The position numbers and the translations under genes are program-made. A stretch of DNA of 61,962 nucleotides, counting the filler, from Choristocarpus tenellus KU-1152 (lineage: Eukaryota > Protista > Phaeophyceae): assembly GCA_964200185.2 (NCBI GenBank). It is 11 parts of 11 records of this genome, joined end to end, with 100 filler letters (N's around TTAATTAATTAA, not from the genome) between each part and the next. Parts side by side here need not be neighbours in the genome. Positions count along the whole stretch, not along the records: positions 21,250 to 25,979 come from CAXNAD020013303.1; positions 26,080 to 42,904 come from CAXNAD020000764.1; 9 more parts are not named here. One strand, given 5' to 3'. Under the pieces are notes generated by a model, which was not told where the DNA came from, made no database searches, and saw nothing but the letters and a program-made list of their open reading frames with translations. How positions within the stretch are numbered: position 1 is the first letter of the stretch; the number at the start of each line of letters is the position of its first letter. Positions 23,118-37,200 of this stretch are shown here, one piece after another.

Positions 23118-26100
23118 GGGACGTAAGATTGAAGTGCCTCCAATCTGAATCGAGTTGACCGTTGACCACTCCCTTCTACAAAGTGGCGGGGGGTTGGGGG
23201 TGGTTGCGAAACTGGCGCTGGTTTCAGGCTTGTTATGGCATACAAAATGAATGAAATCGGCTAACAATCACCTGTACAATGATACACCATGGCTTGAAGA
23301 AGTGAGCTTGTACATGGCCTGGCAATCAATGAGCATAGCGTCACAGTTGTTTTAGTCGTGGAATTTTTTCTCCTGTGCGCGCTAGAAGGAGGGTGAGATA
23401 GGGGTTGGGGCGAACGGAGAACCTTCGCCATAATCTTTATACTCCCCTTCTGCAAGGCAGGTCGTAAGGAGTGTTCAACCCCCCTTCACCCCCTTCGACT
23501 GCGCACACCTTGCGCGTTTGGTCTACTGTAATTTTTAGTGTGTGTTGGTGGGTGGGTGCTGTATAGGTGAATTGTGGGGATATTGAAATGGAAATTGCAG
23601 TGGAAGGAGTAGTTACCATTCCACACTGTCAATATTGATGGACTGGAGCTTAGGGGTCTGGTTTGCTGCTGTCCAGACATGCTTCTGGCCTAGTGCAGTC
23701 GAAAGGTTCGTTTTTGGGATTGCAATTTTATTCTGTTTTTGCAGTGAACTAGTGGAGCAGGGCAGGCTGGTGGAATGGTGGAATGACAGAAGTGTCAGCT
23801 TGGTGATGTGTGGAATTTGTTGGCAATAAATAATAAAAAGGTTCAAGTACACAAAATACACTCGCCATTCTGTTTTGTGTGGGTGCACACTTATGACAAA
23901 AAGGTGTTCAATTATTTCTCCATTTGCACTTTCCTTTTCTCATGCATTCGTTGTTGTCGAATAACTTTGCTGACCTCTGAAATACATAACGGTGGGGATA
24001 AAGTGAGGTGATTTACGATTTCAGGGGTTTTACGTTCTGCAGCATTGATCACTGCACAACCCTTCGTCATTCACTCTAATTTGATGTAGGGAGCACAGGT
24101 GCATGGAGAAACAAGAGTATTGATGTCAATTCCACGCTACTGCCACTTCCAAGAAATTCTAGTGCAATCACAAAGGTGGAGAATCAAGTGAGTTAATACC
24201 CCCCAAGCAGTTTTGATCAACATGTGGTATGGGGGTGAAGAACTATGCATAGTGGCATGACTTGAGGATGGGAGACAGGTCACTTTCCTTCTTCCTGCTC
24301 TCTTTGTGTATTACTCCTGTTACCTGTTTTAGGCAGGTACTGTAAATATGGTATGACAATACTCACATTCTGCATTTCGAAAACTGAACCCTCAGTATGC
24401 CTGCCCTTGTCAAGTTGTTGAGAGGAGTGGGACAAGTATGTATTGTTTGTGCATTTTCCCAATCCTTAATTTTACTATTTTTCAACTTTGGTTACAACCA
24501 TTAAGGTCTTTCTACGATAGTGTTTCCTACAAATGAAGTTAGAAGTCTTGTTGAGCAAACAGAAATCAGTGGTAGTTTCAACATCTTTTCTTAGCAGTTT
24601 AGATCTAGTCAAATTTAGGATCAACAAGCAATCTCTTTTATTTCACCAGTGATCCTCTGCACTCCAAATAAACCCCTCTATTTGTGGTTGAAGCACGAAA
24701 CAATGCCTGCCCAAGGAACAGATATTGCATACATGGTTCCTCCAAAATGACCCACAATATTTATAAATGAATTTACAGAGACTTTTGGCCACAAGGTTAC
24801 ACAGTGACATCAATCGTTGGTTTGAGAAGGGAAGGCAAGGAGCTCAGTAGCAGCTACAAGAACCGTACACCCGAACCACTTGTCCTTCATTCAATCACCA
24901 GCCGACCATCCTTACAAGGTTCCCAACAATAGAGGCTTGTCCTTAAGTGACTGTCCTGCAACAAGCCCTGGGAGGAAGGCACTTACAGAAGGAATCAGTC
25001 ACAGAAAGGGTACAACAAGAGGATCGGCGAGTTGATGTTCCAGCACCACCTCTCCCCTGGCAGGTGATAGAATTTTTCCACTGCCCAACCCGCACATAGA
25101 ATTAACAACAGAAGTGCACAGACTTTTTTTGCTCCAAACTTCATATAGACACACCACACATGGGGTTGTGTGCGTGAGTACATACTCTCATGAGACATGC
25201 TCTCACAAGACAGGCAAGACAAACAGAAAAATCTAAAACAGAAAAAAAAGAAACGGGAGACAAAACACAGACACAAAAAACATCATTACCAACACGTTTC
25301 GTAACACCTCTGCTCTTTTCATGGCATGGCATGGTGTAAGTTGAGGGGGACTGTAGCACCGCAGGTATTCTAGTCACAGCACAACACCAGGCCAGGTGGA
25401 AACAGGCGTACAGCGTATATAGACAACCTCGTAGCTATGTGACATAAGAGGTATACTGCAGGTTGGCATGATCGCCAAGTGGCAGATACTACCAGGAAAG
25501 AACTGGAGATGATAGTCATAAAACCGTCAGTTCAATCTGTAACTCCTGTCAGTCAGCAGACCTCATAAGCCCCACACCCCAATACATCCTCATTGGAGTT
25601 GTTTCTCCATTCCCAGAAAACGTTTTTCCATCATAATACTACTTTTGTAGGGGATGGGGGGGGAGGGGGGGGGTACCGATGCAGTGCTGTCGATATGTGC
25701 CCAAGGGCAACTTCCTCTTCATCGAACATCAAGAATAATTCCCAGTAACATGTCCCTCCCCCCTGCTACAATAGCTCCCTGTTGCTTCCCCCACCACCTG
25801 ATCGAAAAACCAACTCGGAGCATCCCTAACCTTCCTCCTTGCCCCACACCATCCCCACCCACTACGACTTCAAGAACACTTGTCACAACACCCCGTCACA
25901 CCTGTCCCCCCCCCCCCCCCCCACCACCCACGCCCCGGGACAACAAAAAAAAACCCCCCGGGCCCGCTCGGCAAAGGGCNNNNNNNNNNNNNNNNNNNNN
26001 NNNNNNNNNNNNNNNNNNNNNNNTTAATTAATTAANNNNNNNNNNNNNNNNNNNNNNNNNNNNNNNNNNNNNNNNNNNNGGAACCTCACTCGGTACCAAG

Positions 26101-27073
26101 GTATAACGGTGTATGACATACGGCAATAACGGTATAATAACAAACATGCTTTCCACATGTAATATATTTTTATGCCCTCTGAATTTCTTCTATATTTGCA
26201 CTACAGTGAAAAAAGAAGGGAATAAAAACAAAAACAAAAAATCCTCTGGTGCCAACATGCTCCTTCAATCCTCCGGTAATATACTAGAGTTTGATATCAA
26301 CAAATAGGTGGGGGTGGCTCTCCCTTATTACGGAAGCAACATGGTTGTGGAGTGAAGGGGCGAGGTAGGACATAATTCCGTGATCAACGATGAGATACAT
26401 CAGCTATGTGTGACTGCTAGATGGTTGGAACGCACCTTCGTGTTAGACTTTTGTGTTGAATACGATTGTTCAAGGTTGTGAAATGTTTGATTTGAGAGGG
26501 TTGAAATTACGATTGAACCATGTGGTGGGGTTGTGACATGTGCTACCGATTCTACAAGTTCATACTCTGTCCCTATATATATTTTTGGTGTGACGTCACT
26601 GATGAACTGGACAATGTTGCGTAGTCGTGGAGGCACGTGTTAGTTGAGATCACGAGCAGTAAATTGCAATGCGAAAATCCATCATGAGGCATATGAACAA
26701 ATCCTGTGACTACCACTGATTAAGAACCTATAGGCTGCTGTATTACTGTTAAAAACGCGAAGTATTAGTCAAAAGAATTGAGAGGTAGGCAGGGTTGCAT
26801 TTTAAGGGTCCCAAGAAAAGGTAAAACATTTCATTTTGTAAATTAATTGCAGCAAAGAGTCTTTCTTTGATGAATTGTAGTGCCGTCACTTTATGTGTGG
26901 GAAGGGGAATATAAATTTTGTGTAGACGCTATTGCGCGCACAAATCAATGGAAATAGAGTGTGTATTGTGCAGGGTAAGAATGATGACTTGGAATGCAAA
27001 AGGGTCCAAACCTGCCTACCTCTCAATTGGCTTGCCTCTACGTCGTGGTAAAATGGGAAATTTTGAACTGTAA

Positions 27074-27434
27074 GAGTCAAAGTATCTTAGAGGGTAGAGC
27101 CGCGTCCGTTTGGGGGCCAAAATCCAATGTTGNNNNNNNNNNTCGGTTGTCGTCTTAAAGGTGTTTTTGAGCGATATGAGTTCACTAGAAGGACTAGCAC
27201 GAGCGCTCTCTTTCATGGGGCCAAAATCCAATGTTGCGATTTTGATGTATTTTTGGCTATTGTGTTTGTTAGGAAGTGTCGATATCCTTGTTCTGAACAC
27301 GCTCTTTCATAACATACACACTTTACCTACTTCGAAACATTTCGGAGTAGAATTAGTCTTTAAAAACCCGTGGGAAGCCAAGCCCCAAATGGACAAACAG
27401 GGCAAAATTCGTACCCAATAAGATACTTTCCATC
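27074..27434. mobile_element. MITE family A sequence spanning a 10-N scaffold gap (probably two partial copies)
   Basis: Left TIR at 27074; family body 27215-27430; the GGGGCCAAAATCCAATGTTG segment occurs on both sides of the gap. Confidence 0.8.
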
Positions 27435-29599
27435 CTAAACAAGGATTCTGTTTGGAGACAACTTACTTTTCTTTGCTTATTGCTCCTCTGTTAGTCTGCA
27501 ATTGTATACCCCTTTCACCGACAACAATATAGCGTTCAAGTCAGACTGTACAAAATGTTGTGCATGTCCTACTTGCTTTTCTTTAACACAAGTTGAAACG
27601 CGTAACATTATAGAATGTGCTATGCAAATCCATTTGTACTTCTTCAACATCATTATTTCAAAAGGTAGAAAGAGGGCTCAGAGGTTTTAGATATGACACA
27701 GAGCACCTACTTTACCTCTTTTGTAACCTACAACTAACAGATCCATACTCCACACCTCTCTCCTTGGTGCATTGTAACCTGTGCACCCCTCGTTTTTATG
27801 TCCCTGTGTTTCCCTTCTATATTAACTTCTCGCCCCCTCCTTCTTTGCTTGGCACTCGTTGGGTGTTGATTCAGAAGAGATTCGTCAACTGGTTGACGGA
27901 TTTAAAGCTGAAAATAGGGGATTGCTATACTACAAACGGAGAGCTCGTGTTGTATGTTATAAACTGTAGCAACTAGTCGGTAACTTTCGTCTTGTCTTGT
28001 TGATATGTTATGTCACGTGAGATATCATGAGAACTGATAAAATATGATGCTACACTTCGTTTCGAAATTCACTAACCCGCAAAATCAGATCAAATTAGAT
28101 TAGCTCAATGAACTACACTGCCTCATTGACTCCTAAGTCCTAGTATTTGATACCATAAATGGAAGGTAAAACTTCATGTCGTTTCAGTAGCGTATAATTC
28201 AGTTCTAAGTTGGGTACAAGCAAGACCTTGACTTGTAAAGCCCGGTTGAAATATTTATGTTATGTTATATTTGAAGAATATAACAATGAACTCAGCACAA
28301 AGAATGGAAAGTTGAGAAAATGTTACAATGGGTATAATGACATTCCCCTATTTAAACCGAGAAAATACAAAACTTAGGCACTGACTAACGATTATGATTG
28401 TGAAAACCCCTGTTCCTATGAAGCTAATGATTTTATTATCAATATTTGATCTTTCCATTCCTTCTTCATCTAAACAATCTGCAATACAGTTTGTTTCGTT
28501 GATTTGCTTACGAATATTTCACTTACATATTTCTTAACCTACTTGAGGAGTCATGCGGAAACAGGATGTAACTAAATAAAGTTTGAGATAACCAAAGGGA
28601 AGGGGTTGCGACAGTGTATCTGGCAATGGTGCTCGAGCTTGCCTTTCATCCCAACCTTTTTGTCCTGGTCTATAAAATGAAGACCCTAACTCCAGAGCTT
28701 GGAGTTAAGGTTTCAACTCTTCAAAAGAAATGTGTTACGATTTTCGACATTTCAATAGGTTTCAGTTCGATTAATTGAGAGTATAACTGAAAAAGTGAAG
28801 TTCAGCTTTAAAAAAATCACAATATTTAACCAGAAGTGTGACTGAACGTGTCAGAGGTAAGAGAACCACACAACCTAATCATTCGTCCAAAGGCTTCACT
28901 ACCCATAAAGCATTACAAATTCATGACTTGGGATCTGGCTCAGACCATAGACAAATGTTTGCACCTCCCGAGGGGCTCTATTCAAGTCAGGGAGCTTATT
29001 GCCTCCTGCACCAACAGCTCAACCAAGTTATTATATTTATTCTAACTCAATGCAGTTTAATTGGAAACTCTTTCGACTTACAGACCTAAAAAAACTGAGC
29101 AAGCCAAAGCAAATAATGACTGGCAGGGTAACCTGAAAGGTCTCTTGCTGCTCTGTTCCTCAAGAGTTCTCTAGCAATTTCTTCAGATGGGACAGGGCCT
29201 CAGAGTGATGGCTTTGTATAGCATTGTGGAAATGTTAAGAGCTCGCGCAGGTTGCTGTCGTCCAAAATTAGAGCCGGTACCCCCTTCCTATTAGTCTTCC
29301 TTCCTACCTATTAGAAGTACCCATTTACCTTTTGTGTCTCACACTAAAGCAATAGAAACTCTCACTCTTGTCTAAAATAAAACCTCTGCTCTACAACAAC
29401 AATATACCATTGTCTGGAAATTCCATATTATGTACCATAATTCCATGCTGGGGTACTGTCCAACTTAGTCACTGCTCCTTACCAAAAAAGGTCCTAGTGC
29501 CATGTAGCCTTTCGCAGAGAGGTTAAAGAAAATTTGTCGTCTAAAAAGACTCATCTATGAACAACATTGTTCCTGATGCCGTAGCTCAGGTCCTTAAAC

Positions 29600-29850
29600 C
29601 CAACTACTGCCATAGTCTTAACCTCAACACCTTCACTGTAGAAATATTCGGGCATCTTGGTACACAAGCAGAGCAGTTCCTGGATGAGGTGGCTATTCAT
29701 GCCGGGGGTGGTAGGGGGGCTGGGAGGATTAACGGGTAGGGAACAGTGAAGACACGCTTGCAACAGATTGTGTCCGTCACAGTACAATACAAGCGGTGAT
29801 TTGAGGCATGTCGTGCATTTCAAGCTAGAGACTCTGGAGCGAGTATGCAA
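29600..29850 (+). mobile_element. 3' fragment of a CRE/NeSL-like (RLE-type) non-LTR element
   Basis: TFTVEIFGHLGTQAEQFLDEVA...KTRLQQIVSVTVQ resembles the C-terminus of RLE-clade ORFs. Confidence 0.55.
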
Positions 29851-31409
29851 TATAGAACTTTTCAGAGTCGTGGAGCCTTTTTTCTAGACCGCCTTCATAG
29901 TGCAAGTTTTGGAGTAGTTTTCAGCTGTAGTACTTGTTTTAGTAGGTTTCTTGGTTACTTCATCCTTGATTATTCCCAACTGCAACACCGCAACACTACA
30001 ATACTACAAGACTACGTCACTACAACAACCCTGGTGTACCAGAGGTCGTTTGGTAAGCAACTCTGTTGTTGTTGTACTGTATCCATTGCCTTATATAGTC
30101 TGGAGTATGTCCCGCTTCTTGTTCCCTCCATGAAAACACTTGCAAAATTAGTGACCAAAATAGTATTCACTATCTATGGAGAATATATGTATTACAAATA
30201 TTAATAATTCTGGTATAGAGGGTCTTGACGAGGAGTTAAAATATCGCAAACTTTATCGTGCCCAGTTACATTTTACACAGATGTTGTCAAGTGAGGGGAC
30301 AAGAAGAAGCATGTAAATATATAGCAAAGACTACAAACACGACAAAAACAGAACTTGTTTTCCTTGCAACAATATCTAAACACGGTAACTCCCCTATGTG
30401 TGTATAAGGTGTTACTACTGTTTCTCGTATCGGACTTCTAGATTATGGTTTACCATTTGAAGCAACCTCAAACAGTAGGTTCTACAACTACAAAACATCG
30501 AGAAGTTCACCAACGACTCCACATCAGCAACATATACAATAACGAACATCACCACACCTGCAAACTTTACAGCACAAATCACATCTTCACTCCATAGCAT
30601 CATCTATCCATCATTTCGACCTACTTAACTAAACATTTGACCCCGTGAACCTGTGAACCCAACCAGTCAACCATTTCACAGCACCGATACGTATCAAGTC
30701 CATGTGAAACTACGTCCTTAAACCTAACTCAGATAAGAGAGACAATCAGCATTCATTTGATTCGAAACAACTGATCAACAACCCCGACAATCCTTCACCT
30801 TCAATCTTCTTCACCTCATCTCTACTACATCCACAATGAAGGACTGTGATATCCACCTATTTCCTGTAGTCTAACTTAATGGTTATAGTTCCCTGAGTAT
30901 TGATGCAATAACATGTGTTTGGTTTTGTGTTATTGGATCACTTTATCACATGCTTTCTCCAGACGACGAACCCAGATCATGTGTGTGGGGAACACACAAT
31001 GTGATGTCTATTGTAATAATGTATATTTTTGAATAGCAACAAATTGTTTCTCCCTGCACTGGATGATGATGAGAAAGTATTCCACTCTACACTTTTCCTC
31101 AATAATAGTGAAGGAGAAATTGTTGTACAATTGTATCACCGCATCGTTCCTTATGATATTTCCCGATCTCCAAAATATGTGTGATTTTCCATTGATCACT
31201 TGTAAATATATTGTCATATCGTCTGACATTTTTCTGATGCCAGGGGTGAAATCATGAATATATATATTTTAATTATTATGCCCTCTGAAATTCTAGAGAT
31301 GTGTAAGGAGGGAAACCAATTAGAACCGTTCACACGTCAATATAAGCCCTAAAGAAACAAAAGGTGTCACAAGTGTGAAAAGCATTATCCATTTGCTATT
31401 TTGCTATGT

Positions 31410-32200
31410 CACACCACTACCTTCCTGCCTCTCCAATCTACTTATTCCTGTGCCTCAGGGTGAAGAGCTAGGAAGGCATCCTAAGAATCCAACAAACCCC
31501 TCCGTGCCCATCTCCCTGGTGACCCCAGCTTAAAAGCATGACACGTCTAGAAAGTGCCACTTGTGTAGTTACTGAGAAAATTTGGTGCACCAGGATTTAA
31601 CCGTTCCTTTCCTGCTATATCCTCCGGTTCCTCTCCCCCCCACCATGTGTGTAGCCAGCTCATCCAGGAAGCATTCCCCTTGCTTGCCGAGGCGCCCAAA
31701 ACTTTCCCACCGCGAAGGCGTTGAGATCTATTTATTTTTATCCCTCTGACATTTTGCATATGTGTCAGGGGAAAAATCAACAACAATTTACATGTCAGAA
31801 TAAACCCTAAAAAAGTAATACTTGTCATAAATGTGAAAACATTAATCGATTCGCTATTTTACTACCAGTTATGCTACAGTGTTCCCTTCCCACCTATGCC
31901 TCTAACCTAGGTAGTCCTGTACTCGAGGGTGAGGGTCGAGGGAGGCATCCCACGAATCTAAACAAGTCCTTCCTTGCCCATCTCCCTGGTGTCTCCAGCT
32001 TAAAGGACATGACCCATCTGGATAGGGTTATCTGTGTTGTGACATGAACTATCTGTCGTAGACGGGATTTGACAGCCCCCTTCCTGACATAACCTCCTGT
32101 CCCTCTCCCCCCTACCGTGTGCGTATCTAGCTCATCCAGAAAACTTTCTGCTTACCTACCGACGTGCCCAAAGCTTTCCACTCCAAAGGTGTTGACATTA
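31410..32200 (-). mobile_element. Two further copies (about 31410-31725 and 31885-32200) of the same CRE-like 3' fragment
   Basis: The two are direct duplicates. The minus strand reads ELDTHGRGR..KSRLRQIVHVTTQ..VMSFKL, homologous to 29680-29825. Confidence 0.55.
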
Positions 32201-33306
32201 TTATGCTTTCGTGACAGTTTGTTTGCAGATGTGTGTAGTAAAAATCAGTTTTTTAATATATATTATTATTATTATGATATTTATTTGAAGGGTCAATAAC
32301 AAAATATATTTATCAGAATTGTCAATGTTGTCAAAGCAAAATGAAAACCTCAACTATAATAATATATTTGTGACATTTTATTTCCTTAGGGGTACTACCG
32401 ACATGTGAATAATTCTGATTGGTGTTCCCCCTCACACATCTGGAAAATATTTGAGGGCATAATAATGAAATAATATTTTATGTAACATCTACAATATTTC
32501 AGATTTTATAGTAATATATAATAAATAACTCATAATATATAATATCTATAACCACTCGAGCTTGTGAGGGGGGGTTCAAAATCAGTGGTTGGAGGAGGGG
32601 TATGAGGTTGTGCCTTCGTTCTGAACGGCGCAACAAAATTAAATATCCTGCAACAATATGAGTTGAGTATAAGTTACCACCCTTTGTGGTTTAGTATGGA
32701 ATTCAATAGTCTTTGGAGGGTATAATAATATTATAATTATTAATATAATCTTTCGTGGATATATACATAATGCATATATATAGTTTTCATTGGATTCCTC
32801 GTTGACACATCTGCAAAATGTCAGAGGGCATAATAATAAAATATATAGATACTATTATGGGTATAAATATAATCTTTCTTATAATCTATACTGTATCACC
32901 ATAAATATGAAAAGAGAAAGATGGATGGAGGGGAAATATTATATTATTATTATACTTTTGACATTTTGTAGATCAGGGAAAATGAAGAAATATTAATATT
33001 GATACTCAGAATGTGAGGATAAGAATATATCTCCACTCTCCAAAATCTCCACTTTGTGTATGTGACATGATAGAAATATTATCGAGAATTGAACATGGCA
33101 AACTCCCACAACCCTAAACTGTATGAAATATCCCGAGTTCTGGTGTTTTTCAAGGAAGAAATACTTCTATGCTGCACCAATGAAGCAAAAATAGTTCAAC
33201 GAGTTGCGTTCACAGAGATTTTCGCAATATGGTCTTCGACTGGGTGCGCATTTTGTGAAGCAGATGAGAGACCTGGGTACAGTTAATTAAGATTTCCTTC
33301 GGCGAA

Positions 33307-33536
33307 ATGCAGCCAAATTTGAGTAGCCTGGGCTGCCAGAGTCATCTTTTACGAGTGTTGTTAGGAGCATGCTGTTTGTGTATGGTGTCAAGTCAAGTTG
33401 TTTATAATACTCCAGTCACAGTGGAGGCTTATGGACAGGATGGGGAGTATCTCAGCAGCCTATGGGGCGACACTTCGAGCTGGAAGCAGTCCGACATTCA
33501 TGCTGGGTTCTATTATCACCTCGACGCCAAATACTA
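33307..33536 (+). CDS. Probable first (signal-peptide) exon of the solute-binding receptor gene
   Basis: MQPNLSSLGCQSHLLRVLLGACCLCMVSS-Q hydrophobic leader; ends at a strong GTGAGT donor. The join to downstream exons was not resolved. Confidence 0.45.
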
Positions 33537-34200
33537 GTGAGTCCGAGGGGGATCACTGTTTGCTCTAACCCATTTGAATTTCTTTGTCCGCTGAAGGCGT
33601 GGGGAGGTGTAGGGACAATAGAGGTACGTTACCCGTGGAGCGCTTCATCTCTAGTGCAGAACTGTCGATAAAATGAGGTTTCAAGATTATTGTCAGAGGA
33701 AGTGTGGCTCTATAGGGAATGAGCGAAGGACGGCGGTTCAACCTACTGTTTTGCACCTAGGTGATTTTCTTCATCAACCGCAACACTAAGCGAGGCAGTA
33801 AACGGTGTTTAATACCCATCGTTTGTGCCAACAAAAATAATCACCACGTCCTATGATCGATGGTCATGTTAGCCATCATGACAAAACAACTGGTCATTAT
33901 TAACTTTGCGAGGTATCGAGACACCTCCATGCCCTTTCCCCGACGTTGTTTCAGTTTCGCAACGGTCGCACGTCCCTTCTCTTGCCGTTGAAAACAATTG
34001 TGTCACAGGCGAAGGATTTGAAATTGCTCTACTTGCAGCTGGTAAACGAGCGATGAATTATCGATTATGATTTTCCCCCTAAATAACCCGGAGGTCTAAG
34101 ATAAAATGCATAATGCTCTGCTTCCTCCCTGCAGTCTTGCGTGGATATTTTTGGTGGCAGTATAGCCCATGGATGGGTGGATTGATACGTTTGTCTCTAG

Positions 34201-37200
34201 GATCGCTACTGGAGTAGAAGGCGTGAAGATTTGTTACCAAACAACCCAGATTTTCCCGCTCTATTCAGAGTGCGCACACATAATTTACTGATCAAGTGTG
34301 AGTACCAAATCTTACCCCTCGCCTTCCATTCGTCACACAGCCCTTCCTCAAAACGTCTATATACACTCCCTCGTAAACCTTTTCGCAAGTCTTGTGGGTA
34401 CAGGCCCAGAGGTTATGGAATTTTGGAATCCATTCGAAGAGGATAGGGGTGGAGGGGAGCCTACGGCGGTTCACCTTAAGGCAGTCATGGATTTCGTCTT
34501 AGAGGTTAGTGCCTTGTCAAGGTGGATTTCCCACTATTCTTGGAATATTCATAGTCTTGTGACATGTCGTGAGATTTTTCAGGCTCAATGTATCTGGGGG
34601 GGAGACCACTGTTCATTCGGGGCCCTTTTTTCCATTTCGCGATTTTTGGGTGATTTGGTTGTATGCGTCTGACGGATAATGTAAGTTAACTTCTCCTGGT
34701 CAGAACCCGAAAGGACACCCTGGTGTAGACCCCCCCCCTCCACAGATACTTTGGACCTTAATTTTCCCACATGCCTAGAGAATTTTTTTCCTCCTACGTA
34801 AGTAGTACTTTCCTAGATATGATGTCAATGTCACTTGGGTCCACAGCTTTACTGTTGGAGTGTGCAATTGTTGAAACACCACAACAGCAATTGGTGAAGA
34901 AATGAGGGCTGCTTTGTTACCCTGATTAATAACATTTTGAACCACTTAAGTGTAATGTGCTTTTCAAGTCTCCAGATTATGATTCAATTTGCATCCAGTG
35001 GCGAGGCTCTCCACTTGCACGATGGTCAAAAGTTGAGATATTTCAGCTACTGATTTGTATCTAATTAGTGCACAAATGTTGTAATGCACCATCGCATCTC
35101 CAACATGTCGCCAACATGTCGCCTCAAGTGGATCAAAGCACAGTCCTATGGCGATCCCTCTGGCAAAGCTTTGTTCTGCTAACTGTTATGCATGGCCAGT
35201 AAGCCAGTTAAACAGGTTGGCACATTGTGCTTGTGTCCTACCATGCTAGGCATTACCTCTTGTTGCAATTTGATAGTGTGGTCGATTTGGCTACTACCAC
35301 TACGCTTGAAAATTCCAAGCATACTCTGTCTTCAATGAGAAGAAAAATACTCTTGTGGAATGCTTATTTTGGAACTCAATGGCACTTCTGTTGCATAATC
35401 TAGGAACGGGGAGGGGCAGATCAAGCAGATACCTTGACCGTGAAGGTGATCAACAGGGGATGGGGGGGGGTTGTTTCTGACACCGTGTGTGATGGAACTG
35501 AGGATTGCCCGGCGCTGGTCATGATTGGAACAACACAGGTATGCTACTGCAACAATTATTTCTTGCGTGCACTGGGGCTCATACTATTTTTTTTCTTGTC
35601 TGGTGATGGTTTGCCAAAGATATGGATCGCTCTTAATGCTGCAACCATCCGTACACTATACAAGGACTTCTTCTTTACAAAAGAGGTCGCTGCTATCCCC
35701 CTGAGAATAACAAAAAGCAGATGTCAACAATGGCATGGTGAGCTCAGCTGGTCTGTCCGTTTCCATTCGACGAGCATCTTCGAATAGATGATATCTACCA
35801 AACATTTGTAGTGCCAGATAGGATGTTCATGTGTGCTCTTGTTTGCTCTGCTCGATCCATGGTGACAGTCCCTGTTCATTTTTGTGCGCGTTGAACCTTC
35901 CCATTCATCTACTCTGTGGCTGCCCTGAAGGTGGCAACACGGTATGGCCATGGTGATGTGGCCTCCCTCAACAGTTACCTTGATGAATTTCAGGCAGAAT
36001 TTGGCTACCCTCTCTATGATGATGTGAGTGCTGCCGTTTGGCATTCAATAGTTATCTGTATTTTGCTATTGAACGACACCGATGGTCATGCACTACATGG
36101 AACTGTGGCCTTTTCCAAGTCACAGGTGCTCTCCTTCCAACAAGCACGTAATGCATGGCATTTGTTGCAACTGTGAAGGCCTCACTCTAGTACATGCACT
36201 TGATGTGAATGAGTTACTCTTAGTGTGTGCACTCTTTGGCTTTGCTGTTCAGTGTGAGAGCATACTGTAGGGCCATTGAGTACATTTTCAATATGTCAAT
36301 AGGTAGACCCGTTCCACTCTTCACCTTCACGAAGGCACAGATGGAGTTTATCATACCTTGTCATGTGTGTGGGCATGAGACACTTGTCTTTTCTGCGGTT
36401 GCTTTGTTCGAACTTGTCCACTTTGTTATCGCATTGATGGCATCTTATTCAAGCTCACCTGCCTACTCCTCTCTGCATCTCGATGTGTATTGCAGTTCAT
36501 CAAGTATTACTTCTACGACTTCAATAAGGCTGGTTCATGGATTGCGGTACCATTGGTATCTGACATTAGAGTGCTTGCATTCAACAAGACAACCTTTGAC
36601 AGGTGAAGTCTTGATGACAGGTCTTGGGTGCTTCAATGTTTTGAAACGGTGGTGGCATATGTGAACAAATTCTACCTCGAGGCGGATTGCTTCTTCTTTT
36701 TTTCACTAATTCTTTCAGTTTGCTGAATCTCTGCTTGCAGCCTTGGACTTGAATATCCTCCCCCAGAGGGCGCATGGACCGACCCGTACTCATCCTCCTG
36801 GACATGGGAAGTGTTTGCTGAAGTGAGTCTTCGAGAGTACATTGTCTTGTGTTAACATCCAGAGTCTGCAGACTAATGAGAGAAATTTAGAACAATTGAT
36901 GGCTTCTTTTTGTTGTCTTTGGTATCGAATTTTGTTGTCTTTAGTTCCTCTTGATGGCATACAAGTCGAATCTCTTGTTCGCATTTGTCATATTGTGTGT
37001 GTCTTTATCTTGCACTCTTCTTTTACACGCACTTAAACTGCAATGAAACATGCGCAAAACCCCTCAACAAGTTCTTGCCGGGAGACGGTGATACTGGCGA
37101 CTGTATTTTAAACACTTACGTGATTGTTTTTTGTTTACCTTTGCTTTATTCTCTTTTTTTTTTGTTTGGTTCACAATGTCGCTGCTGTAATTGCAAAGGC

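Noticed and set aside
27874-27950. Exon-like segment EIRQLVDGFKAENRGLLYYKRRARV
   Set aside because: Isolated; no partner exons or recognisable domain found.
33537-34200. Candidate linking exons (33597-33623, 33955-34041) between the signal exon and 34201
   Set aside because: No combination gave a phase-consistent, stop-free join to the 33307 exon by eye; left unresolved.
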